A model generated the notes under the pieces. The model was not told where the DNA came from, searched no databases, and saw nothing but the letters and a program-made list of their open reading frames with translations. This document shows positions 20,117 to 28,416 of a stretch of DNA of 64,000 nt, one piece after another (the first letter of the stretch is position 1; each line of letters starts with the position of its first letter). Source of the stretch: Smithellaceae bacterium (GTDB taxonomy: Bacteria; Desulfobacterota; Syntrophia; Syntrophales; Smithellaceae); assembly GCA_963667845.2 (NCBI GenBank), contig CAXXVL010000002.1:1632001-1696000 (forward strand), given 5' to 3'. Both the position numbers and the translations under genes were made by a program.

Positions 20117-21826
20117 ATGCCCAACAAGACCATCACCTTCATCATCTGCGGATTGATTATTCCCGCGGTGTTTGCCGGCTGCGCTTCTTTGCCGGCGAAC
20201 CGGCCATCCGTTTCTTATCCGCCCGTCCAGGAAGAATATTCAGGAGAAGCCGCCTATCACTATTCGCTGGCCGTGTTAATGCGGCTGGACGGAGATCTGA
20301 AGGGGGCGATCGATCAAATGAAACAGGCGCTCGCAGCGGGGCCCGACTCTCCCTACCTGACCACGGAACTGGTCTCCCTGTATGTTGAGAACAACAATAC
20401 TGACCTGGCGCTTTCGGTCGGAGAGCCCGCGTTGGTCAGGCAGCCGGGGAATATCGAACTTCGCTCCATCCTGGGCGGTCTATATTTTACAGTGCGCCAA
20501 TACGACAAGGCCGTTCGGGAATATCAGACGATTGTCGATATTGATCCGAAGAATCTGGTGGCTTATTTATACCTCGCGACCATCTACGTTCAGGAAAAGA
20601 AATATCCGGCGGCGGAGAAGGCCTATCAAAAGATGCTCGAAATCGACCCCGAAAATATTATCGGCGGTTACTATTACGCAAAGATGTTGACCGAGATGAA
20701 TCGCTTCGCAGAGGCCGAAGCCCTCTATCGAAAGATCATTCAACAAAGGCCGGCATTTGAAGCGGCCTGGCTCAGCCTGGCTCAGCTTTACGAAACTCAA
20801 AACAAATTTGATGAAGCCATCAACGTCTATCGCCGTTATCTGGATACAAATCCCGCGCGTGTCGGTTTCCGGATGAAGATTGCCGAGTTGCTCGTGAAGG
20901 CGAATAAGGAGCCCCAGGCGGAAAAAGAATTTAAAGAAATTTTGAAAGTTGATCCTGCGAACCGTGAAGTGCGCATAGCGCTGGGGCTTTTATATTACGA
21001 TATGCGCCGCTTTGATGAGTCGGTCGTAGAGTTTTCCTCCCTTCTGGAAATGGCGCCTCAGGATGACAAACTGCGCTACCTTCTGGCGAATGCCCTGGAG
21101 CAAAAAGGGGATACAAGGCAGGCTTTGGCGATGTATCAAAAAATCGCGCCGACGTTTGAATTGTACGCTAATGCCCAAATTCATGCGGCCATGATTCTGA
21201 AGAAGGAGAACCGGCTTGCCGACGCCGTCTCGGTCATCATTGGGGCTATTGAGAAGAAGAGCGATCAAGTGGTCTTATATCTTTATCTGTCATCGCTGTA
21301 TGAAGACGGCAAGGACATGGTCAAGGCGGAAAAGATCATCAGGGAAGGCATTGCGCTTTTCCCCCGCAATACGGATCTGCACTATGCACTCGGGACGATT
21401 CTGGAAAAAGTCAATCGGTTTGAGGAGAGTATTCAGTCGATGGAGAAAGTGCTGGCGCTGGATCCCCAAAACGCCGACGCATTGAATTTTATCGGTTATT
21501 CCTATGCCGATCGGGGAATGCATCTCGACCGGGCCGAACAAATGATCGTTCAAGCCTTGAAGATCAAACCGGACAACGGTTACATCCTGGACTCTCTGGG
21601 CTGGGTGTATTTCAAAAAAAATCAATACACGAAGGCATTGAATCAACTCAAGAGAGCGCTCGAACTCCTTCCGGATGACCCCAATATCATTGAGCATATG
21701 GGGGACGTTTATTTGAAGATCGGTCAGAGTAAAAAGGCGGCCGAATTCTACCGGAAAGCTGCGAAGATCGATCCCAAAAATACCGCACTCAAAAAGAAAC
21801 TCGACAATCTGATGATTGAAAAATAA
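20117..21826 (+). CDS. Tetratricopeptide-repeat lipoprotein
   Basis: FAGC lipobox; many TPRs; ALNFIGYSYAD and YILDSLGWVY C-terminal motifs. Confidence 0.9.
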   Translation: MPNKTITFIICGLIIPAVFAGCASLPANRPSVSYPPVQEEYSGEAAYHYSLAVLMRLDGDLKGAIDQMKQALAAGPDSPYLTTELVSLYVENNNTDLALSVGEPALVRQPGNIELRSILGGLYFTVRQYDKAVREYQTIVDIDPKNLVAYLYLATIYVQEKKYPAAEKAYQKMLEIDPENIIGGYYYAKMLTEMNRFAEAEALYRKIIQQRPAFEAAWLSLAQLYETQNKFDEAINVYRRYLDTNPARVGFRMKIAELLVKANKEPQAEKEFKEILKVDPANREVRIALGLLYYDMRRFDESVVEFSSLLEMAPQDDKLRYLLANALEQKGDTRQALAMYQKIAPTFELYANAQIHAAMILKKENRLADAVSVIIGAIEKKSDQVVLYLYLSSLYEDGKDMVKAEKIIREGIALFPRNTDLHYALGTILEKVNRFEESIQSMEKVLALDPQNADALNFIGYSYADRGMHLDRAEQMIVQALKIKPDNGYILDSLGWVYFKKNQYTKALNQLKRALELLPDDPNIIEHMGDVYLKIGQSKKAAEFYRKAAKIDPKNTALKKKLDNLMIEK

Positions 21827-21870
21827 CGTGAAGAGGCCATTGCAATTGGTTTGCAGAAAGTGTCTCGGGT

Positions 21871-22656
21871 ATGTGTGAGCCGTATTTTCCCGGCAAGCGA
21901 TTGATGATTTTGTTTGTGGCGGCGATGTTGTTAGGCTCAGGCGGGTGTGCCCCAAAGGCGGCTCTTGGACCCGGTATGCCGCCAAAGGCTTTGGGGATGA
22001 TTTCTGCGGCGCATTCTGCAACAGACAGGATGACGGCCATCGCGCAAATTGATCTGGTGACGGCTCAGGGGCATTATCCGCTCAGGGCCGTTATGATACT
22101 CCAGAGACCGTCTTATCTCCGTCTGGAGATGCTGCCGGTGATCGGAACTCCGGATTTCTTTCTCGCGGCGTCGCCCGATGAGATGAATATATTCATTCCG
22201 TCGCAAAGCGAGTTTTATTCAGGGAAGCCTACTGCCGAAAATCTGGCGCGTTTTTTACCCTGGTCTTTTACCCTTGAAGAAATTGTTATGATCTTGTCCA
22301 GCACTTATCCGCCGCTTGACGGGACAAACGTGTCTTATGAAAGTTACCCGGAGGACACTCTGCTGCGCATTGACATGAAGACGCCCGCGGGACCGTCGCA
22401 GACGATCTGGATGGCGAAAAATGAGAGACTGGTGAAATTGGTCCGTTACGATCCGCTCGGCCGGGAGACGTATCGGGCGCTTTTTGACGGTTACGCGCCC
22501 GGGAGTGTTTTTGCTGAAAAAATAATGATTCAATGGGCCGATAATGTGACTTCCGTTTCCGTCAGCTATTCCGACCTGAAAGTCGAAAAGAACGGCGATC
22601 TGTCCATCTTTAAATTGCCGGTGCCGCCCGGAAGCAAAACCATTCACTTGGATTAG
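21871..22656 (+). CDS. Putative LolB/DUF4292-like lipoprotein
   Basis: Hydrophobic signal ending SGGC; RPSYLRLE segment and beta-rich pattern; directly after the TPR lipoprotein gene; start could be 21904. Confidence 0.65.
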   Translation: MCEPYFPGKRLMILFVAAMLLGSGGCAPKAALGPGMPPKALGMISAAHSATDRMTAIAQIDLVTAQGHYPLRAVMILQRPSYLRLEMLPVIGTPDFFLAASPDEMNIFIPSQSEFYSGKPTAENLARFLPWSFTLEEIVMILSSTYPPLDGTNVSYESYPEDTLLRIDMKTPAGPSQTIWMAKNERLVKLVRYDPLGRETYRALFDGYAPGSVFAEKIMIQWADNVTSVSVSYSDLKVEKNGDLSIFKLPVPPGSKTIHLD

Positions 22657-22759
22657 TCCGTAAAAGAGAGGTTTGACTCATCTCCCCGGACTTTGCAGAT
22701 TGTATTTCGATCCGCTTCGATCCGGAGCGAAGGCAGTCCCCCGCGAACTACAATTCCCT

Positions 22760-23075
22760 TTGCATTAACGCTCGCATGTCTGGGAGCGTTGTAGTGCGAC
22801 AGCCCCACTCGCCGGTAATCCCGAGGATTGAAGCGGGATTGATGATCACGTCGCCGCCCCGCTTCTTATGATGGGAATTTCCACTTTTTGGGCAAAACCG
22901 GAGGCCGCTTTATTGGTTTCCATAAGACGGTCCCATTCTTCCCGGGTTGTATTCAGAATCGCAGGTATTTGCAGCAGAGATATCCCCCGGCATTAAAAAG
23001 AACAAAATCAAAACGTCCATATTCGGCCGGGATCATCTCAAAAAGATTTCCCATGTTCGCAAGGATCACGGCCAT
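22760..23075 (-). pseudogene. Degraded SDR (short-chain dehydrogenase) gene fragment
   Basis: Minus-strand pieces in shifting frames, in SDR order: EYGRFDFVLFNAGG, TTREEWDRLMETN, GGDVIINPASILGITGE, LSHYNAPRH. Confidence 0.7.
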
Positions 23076-23177
23076 CCTTTTTTACGAAGATGATCGTCAA
23101 GACAATTCCAGGTGCAAGATGGCCGGAAATGTGTCGAGTTATAAAAAGCCTGCGGGTAGTGTCGCGGGATAGTGGAT

Positions 23178-23214
23178 GCCCGGAGGGGACTTCGTTATAA
23201 ACACCCCTCCGGGC
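23178..23214 (-). terminator. GC-rich hairpin just downstream of cpoB
   Basis: 11-bp perfect stem GCCCGGAGGGG/CCCCTCCGGGC 12 nt after the stop; no clear U-tract. Confidence 0.4.
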
Positions 23215-23226
23215 GATCGGGCTGAT

Positions 23227-24054
23227 CTATTTGATTTCCTGAAGCTTGGAGCGTGCAATACGCGCCTGACTCGTGTTGGGATAATCTTTGATGACCTGTT
23301 GCAAAAGCAGCTTGGCGCTGACCTTGTCGCCCAGGTTTTGAAAGGAGATCCCTTGCTTCAAAAGCGCATAAGGAACTTTGTTGCTGCTCGGGAATTTCTT
23401 GGTAACTTTTTCATATTCAAGAATGGCTTTTTCATATTTCTTTTCAAAGAAATAACATTCGCCAATCCAGAACTGGGCGTTATCGGAATATTCGCCAGCC
23501 GGATAAGCGGCCAGGAAGCTTTGGAAAGCTTCTCTGGCCTTCGGGTAGTTGCCGTTCTTGAATGTCTGGTAAGCCGAAGCATACTGTGCAGCCTTATCCT
23601 GCTTACCGGCCGGATCCTTCGCCTGGGCCGATGTGTCGACGTCGGTCGGAGAATCCTTTTTGCTGATTTCCAGGAAATTCTCGATGAAATTAACTTTCAA
23701 AAGAAGGTTGTCAATCTTCTCTTTGTAACTATCATCTTTATTGTCCCGGGCGACTTCCTTCTTTAAAGATTCAATTTGGCCCCGCAGCTGCTGGATCTGA
23801 TCACGCAACTCGGCAAAGTCAGCAGTCGTATTGGCATGGCCTTTGCGCATGGACGCCAGAGCCGCTGCATTTTTCTCCTGCTCTTTCTGCAGGTGAGCGA
23901 GCCGGGAGTCCAGGCGGGTGTCCATGGAGGCGAGCTTTGCCTCCATTTGCTGGTTTAATTCCGAACGCACCGCATTCAAATCGGAGGACGTTGCACAACC
24001 GGCAAGACTAAAAGCAAGCGCCGAGAATAGTAGATATAATAGAGCGCGTTTCAA
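23227..24054 (-). CDS. cpoB: Tol-Pal system protein YbgF/CpoB
   Basis: LAGC lipobox, coiled coil, TPR with NAQFWIGE, ALLKQG, YPNT; follows pal. Confidence 0.92.
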   Translation of the reverse strand: MKRALLYLLFSALAFSLAGCATSSDLNAVRSELNQQMEAKLASMDTRLDSRLAHLQKEQEKNAAALASMRKGHANTTADFAELRDQIQQLRGQIESLKKEVARDNKDDSYKEKIDNLLLKVNFIENFLEISKKDSPTDVDTSAQAKDPAGKQDKAAQYASAYQTFKNGNYPKAREAFQSFLAAYPAGEYSDNAQFWIGECYFFEKKYEKAILEYEKVTKKFPSSNKVPYALLKQGISFQNLGDKVSAKLLLQQVIKDYPNTSQARIARSKLQEIK

Positions 24055-24072
24055 AGCTGCTCTCCTTCTGTG

Positions 24073-24666
24073 TTATTTCAAAAGAAACTGTACGCGTCTG
24101 TTCTGAGCCCAGGCCGCTTCATTATGGCCCGGATCCAGCGGTTTTTCTTCGCCGTAGCTGACGGTTTCCATGCGCGAAGCGCCGATGCCGAGGTTCGTAA
24201 GATACTGCTTGGCTTCCTGCGCACGTCTTTCACCCAGGGCCATGTTGTATTCGGCTGTGCCTCTCTCATCGCAATACCCTTCTACGACGATCTTGGCAGC
24301 ACTGTTCTTGGTGAATATTTCGGCATTGGCTTTCAGAATTTCACGCGCGTCGGGGCGGATGCTGGATTTGTCAAAATCGAAATAGATATTCTGTATATTC
24401 AGGTCGGCCAGTGCCGCCGCATTCCTTTTCGCTGCCGCATCCTTTGCGGCCTGGGCTTTCAGAGCGGCTTCGCGATCAGCCTGTTCTTTTGCCTTGCGGG
24501 CGGCTTCATCATCCGGTACTGCAACCGGTGCTGCCTTGGCCGGTGCCTTCTGTTCCTGGACGGCCTCATCCTTGACCACTGCCTTTTTTTCCGCGCAACC
24601 GCTGAAAAGGGATAGACCAAACGCTAAGACCATCAACATACCTATTAAAACTAAATGTTTCTTCAT
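24073..24666 (-). CDS. pal: Peptidoglycan-associated lipoprotein
   Basis: FSGC lipobox; IYFDFD, EGYCDERGTAEYNMALGERRA, SYGEE, NRR. Confidence 0.97.
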   Translation of the reverse strand: MKKHLVLIGMLMVLAFGLSLFSGCAEKKAVVKDEAVQEQKAPAKAAPVAVPDDEAARKAKEQADREAALKAQAAKDAAAKRNAAALADLNIQNIYFDFDKSSIRPDAREILKANAEIFTKNSAAKIVVEGYCDERGTAEYNMALGERRAQEAKQYLTNLGIGASRMETVSYGEEKPLDPGHNEAAWAQNRRVQFLLK

Positions 24667-24911
24667 GATATTCTCCTTTCGTTACTGAAATCGTTGTTTT
24701 CAAAAGATTTAACGAACGGTCAAAGTAAAACATAACATACAGGCCGACGTCAACAAAAATAATATAAAAAACAATGGAATATGATGTGTGTGCTCAGGGA
24801 GAAGCCCGGCAACCGCGCTGCTTCTCAATGTCCCTGTCGAAGTTAGACCTAATCATGATGCTTTCTATACGGCAAAGGGTGAAAAATAACAACCCCAACG
24901 TATAAATATTT

Positions 24912-26228
24912 TTATTTGAGTCTGGGTGACCAGGCCGGCATGACCAACGGATCTTTGCTTTCCGTAAGGACACGCGTGTTGAGCCCGTTGGAATTCATGA
25001 CGCTGATGCGGCTTGCCGTCCCCTGCCGTGAGCTGAAAACAATCTGCCTGCCGGAAGGAGACCAGGAAGGGTACTCGTTGTCCGCGTTATCAAACGTCAG
25101 CTGAATAAGATTATTTCCTTCTTCGTCCACGGAAAAGATCTGATAATTATGGTTGATGAGGCCTTCATAGGCGATTCTGCCGCCGCGGGGAGACCAGGAA
25201 GGTGATGTATTATAATTGCCTTCAAATGTGATTCTCTTGACGTTGTTGCCGTCGACATCCATGACAAATACCTGAGGCGTTCCGGAGCGATTGGAAACAA
25301 AAGCGATCTTTTTGCCGTCCGGTGACCAGGCGGGAGAAACATCAATGGAATAACTGCGGGTTAAACGGTTAAATTTCATCGTTTCGATATCCAGCACATA
25401 GATTTCTTCATTTTCGTCTTTACTTAATGTCAACAATAGTTTCTTGCTGTCCGGAGAAAAAGAGCCGCATAAATTGAGGCCTGGAAACGAGGAAACTTTT
25501 CTTTCTTTTCCTGTTTTTAAGTCATGCAGATACACTTCCGGCCGGCCGCTCCTGTATGATGTAAAAGCCAAATATTTGCCGTCCGGCGACCAGCGGGGCG
25601 CAGCGAGGATGCTTCGATGACTGGTCACATTTCCTGCATCCGACGCTCCATAGTTCATTGCATAAATATCGGAACCGCTCTTCTTTTTGATAATGAAAGC
25701 AATGCGCGTGTTAAGGTCTCCTTCATCTCCGGTCAGTGCCAGGAGGATATCAGAGGCAATAGCGATGGCCAGAGTCTGGGGGGTGTCGGTATTCCCCGTA
25801 TATTTCTTATTAAAGAGCATTTGACCGCGCGTGACATCATACAGGCGGCTCTCAGCGGTGATATCTTTTCCGTTAACGATCGTGTCGCCCCTGAGCAGGA
25901 AGTCCGCGCCGATGACCGACCAGTCGGAAAAGCGGATAGTCTCCGGCTGTCCCGGCTCAACGCCGTCCAGAAAACTCTTTTTGTCCAGAAGATTAAATAT
26001 TCCCGACAAATCCAGATAGTGCCTGATATGGTCGGCAACAGCCGTATTGATGTCCGTCGGGGCCGCCGGTGCCTTTTTGCTTTGAAAATCGCAGACCGCG
26101 ATCGGGAATTGCTGAAAACCCGGTGCATCGATATCAATATACACTTTAGCCTGGGCCATACCATGCAGGGTGATGATGAATAAAAGAATGAAGAGCGTCG
26201 ATAACTTCGCGGTATATGTGATTTTCAT
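24912..26228 (-). CDS. tolB: Tol-Pal beta-propeller protein TolB
   Basis: Signal peptide, TolB N-domain, repeated WSPDG (PD40) blades; operon context. Confidence 0.95.
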   Translation of the reverse strand: MKITYTAKLSTLFILLFIITLHGMAQAKVYIDIDAPGFQQFPIAVCDFQSKKAPAAPTDINTAVADHIRHYLDLSGIFNLLDKKSFLDGVEPGQPETIRFSDWSVIGADFLLRGDTIVNGKDITAESRLYDVTRGQMLFNKKYTGNTDTPQTLAIAIASDILLALTGDEGDLNTRIAFIIKKKSGSDIYAMNYGASDAGNVTSHRSILAAPRWSPDGKYLAFTSYRSGRPEVYLHDLKTGKERKVSSFPGLNLCGSFSPDSKKLLLTLSKDENEEIYVLDIETMKFNRLTRSYSIDVSPAWSPDGKKIAFVSNRSGTPQVFVMDVDGNNVKRITFEGNYNTSPSWSPRGGRIAYEGLINHNYQIFSVDEEGNNLIQLTFDNADNEYPSWSPSGRQIVFSSRQGTASRISVMNSNGLNTRVLTESKDPLVMPAWSPRLK

Positions 26229-26253
26229 TTATGGGCTGATCCTTTTTTCTTTT

Positions 26254-26985
26254 CTATTGCAATTCCGCGGAATGAAACCGGATGCCGATTTCGAGCGAGC
26301 GGCCGCTCACCCATCCGGCAAGCGGCGGGAAAGGAGCTGACTTTTTAACTGCGCGAAGAGCGGATTCGTCAAAGTAGCTGTTGCCGGAGCGTTTTTCAAA
26401 TCCGATATATTCCAATACGCCGCTCTGCGCGATTCGCACATCGATAATCGTTTCCACGTTGTCTTTCGGTTTTAATGCCTGGGGCAGCGTCCAGTTCTTT
26501 TTTACTTTCGACCAGACAAACCGGCTGTAGTCATTGATCCGAGTTTGCTGATCGGCCGTCGTTTTGCCGGCGATGCCCGAAGGCGGCGTGGCAGCAGCCG
26601 GTTTGTTCGTTCCGGCGTTTTCGAGCTCTTTTTGCCGGATGGCACTGATCGCTTTTTCAATATCCGTTTTGACGGCTTCATCTTTCTTAACGAGAGGCAC
26701 GACTTTCGAATCCATGGGGCTGCGCTTGAGAATGACCGCATGATCCGTCGAGGGCGACTGCAGAAGGCTTTTCGTCCCGGCTAGCCCCTGTGAGGATAGC
26801 ACAGCTTCGGGGCTCACGAGGGCAACGGTATAGGGCGCGCCGAATGTTAACTGTCTTGATGGGCCGGAAACGGTAATGATAAGGGCAGCAAAGGCAATGA
26901 GGTGAAGAAGCAGGGAAGCGAAAAACATGTTGTAGGGGCTGCCGGTATCGCCGAAAGGATTCTTATTGGACGGCCGGGACGTCAT
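26254..26985 (-). CDS. tolA: TolA/TonB C-terminal domain protein
   Basis: SLLLH TM motif; SGNSYFDESALRAV, PFPPL; lies between tolR and tolB. Confidence 0.85.
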   Translation of the reverse strand: MTSRPSNKNPFGDTGSPYNMFFASLLLHLIAFAALIITVSGPSRQLTFGAPYTVALVSPEAVLSSQGLAGTKSLLQSPSTDHAVILKRSPMDSKVVPLVKKDEAVKTDIEKAISAIRQKELENAGTNKPAAATPPSGIAGKTTADQQTRINDYSRFVWSKVKKNWTLPQALKPKDNVETIIDVRIAQSGVLEYIGFEKRSGNSYFDESALRAVKKSAPFPPLAGWVSGRSLEIGIRFHSAELQ

Positions 26986-27407
26986 TTTATGCCCTCAGGC
27001 GGTTCCGTAATCATGCCAAGCTTATCGACCCCCGCTCTGCGTATTTCCGCCATGACTTCAACCACAAAGCCGTAGGGAACGCTTTTATCGGCGCGCAGAA
27101 AAACCTCCCGGTCGACGCGTTCGGCAAAGATTGCGGCAAGCTTGGCATTGAGATCCTGAAGCGGCATCCGGGTTTTGTTGAGAAAAATTTCCTTATTTTC
27201 GTTAACGGTCAAAACCAGTTTTTCTTCGGCGATGTCGATGCTTTTCGACTTGACGCGCGGCAGGTTGACATCAATGCCCATGGACAGCATCGGCGCCGTG
27301 ACCATGAAAATGATGAGCAACACCAGCATAACGTCAACCAGTGGTGTAACATTAATTTCAGCCATCGATTTTTTGTCGGAATTTCTTCTGCGCATCTGCC
27401 GCATCAT
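26982..27407 (-). CDS. tolR: TolR
   Basis: EINVTPLVDVMLVLLIIFMVTAP, LRADKSVPYG. Confidence 0.95.
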   Translation of the reverse strand: MMRQMRRRNSDKKSMAEINVTPLVDVMLVLLIIFMVTAPMLSMGIDVNLPRVKSKSIDIAEEKLVLTVNENKEIFLNKTRMPLQDLNAKLAAIFAERVDREVFLRADKSVPYGFVVEVMAEIRRAGVDKLGMITEPPEGIK

Positions 27408-27426
27408 GCATCACCAAAGCATCAAT

Positions 27427-28146
27427 CTATTTGTGAATAAGATAACGTTCAACAATATTCAAAAACTCGTCTGCAAAGTTGTCCATTTCCTGAACCATGG
27501 TTTTGGACTTGTTTAAAAAGTAATTATAGAAAATAACGGCTGGTATCGCTGCGGCAAGTCCCGCCGCAGTGGCGATCAGCGCCTCGGAAATACCCGGGGC
27601 CACGACGGCCAGCGTTGCCGAACCGCGTGCGCCGATGGCTTTGAAGGTCTCCATGATTCCCCAGACGGTTCCGAACAGGCCGATGAAAGGACTTGCGGAG
27701 CCGGTTGTGGCCAGAAAACCGAGCGCACTTTCGAGTTTGGTCATTTCCGTTCCGGAGGCGCGGTTGAGCGCTCTCTCCACGTTATCAAGGGATGAAAGGC
27801 TGATGTCTTCGCTGCGCGTTGCGTCTTTGGAGAGCCGGTTCACTTTGGTCAGTTCGGCATAGCCGACACGAAAAACTTCCGCCGTTGTGGAATAGGAATA
27901 TTTTTTCGCCGCCGGCAGAATGTCGGAGAGTTTGCTGCTGCGCTGATAATCGGAATCAAAGGCTTCATTTTCGCTCTTTATTTTCCGGTAATACCGAAAT
28001 TTAATAAAGATGATGGTCCATGAGACGACGGAGAGAATGAGCAGGATCAATAAAACAAACTGAACGATCAAACCGGCATCTAAAATCATGCCCAGAAGAG
28101 AGCCGTGAAAATTGCTTCCTATGCCTAAAGACCCAATATCTTTCAC
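27427..28146 (-). CDS. tolQ: TolQ
   Basis: LATTGSASPFIGLFGTVWGIM, VAPGISEALIATAAGL. Confidence 0.96.
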   Translation of the reverse strand: MKDIGSLGIGSNFHGSLLGMILDAGLIVQFVLLILLILSVVSWTIIFIKFRYYRKIKSENEAFDSDYQRSSKLSDILPAAKKYSYSTTAEVFRVGYAELTKVNRLSKDATRSEDISLSSLDNVERALNRASGTEMTKLESALGFLATTGSASPFIGLFGTVWGIMETFKAIGARGSATLAVVAPGISEALIATAAGLAAAIPAVIFYNYFLNKSKTMVQEMDNFADEFLNIVERYLIHK

Positions 28147-28184
28147 TTTATAATCTCCAAAAATGGTTTTTAAATTTGCGTTGT

Positions 28185-28213
28185 AACGTAAAGGAAAAAA
28201 AAGGGCTTGTCAA
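28185..28213 (-). promoter_or_regulatory. Predicted sigma70 promoter of tol-pal operon
   Basis: Minus strand TTGACA-17 bp-TACGTT upstream of tolQ. Confidence 0.5.
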
Positions 28214-28416
28214 TACATCTTTTAGTAAGCGCGATGCGTCCCGGCCGCCGCAGGCAGCCGGACGACTGCGACGAAAACGATGAATGACTTCATTCGACGT
28301 CCGCGGCCGAGCAGCTTGCAGTTGACATTTTTCCGTATCAGTGTAATTTCAGATTCGCCATTGTGAAGGACGATTGAACGTCTGATTCTTTAAAATTCAT
28401 TCAGGGGGACCAATAT

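Noticed and set aside
22888..23172. 94-aa plus-strand ORF in the cpoB downstream gap
   Set aside because: No SD or motif; the region is better explained by the minus-strand SDR remnant
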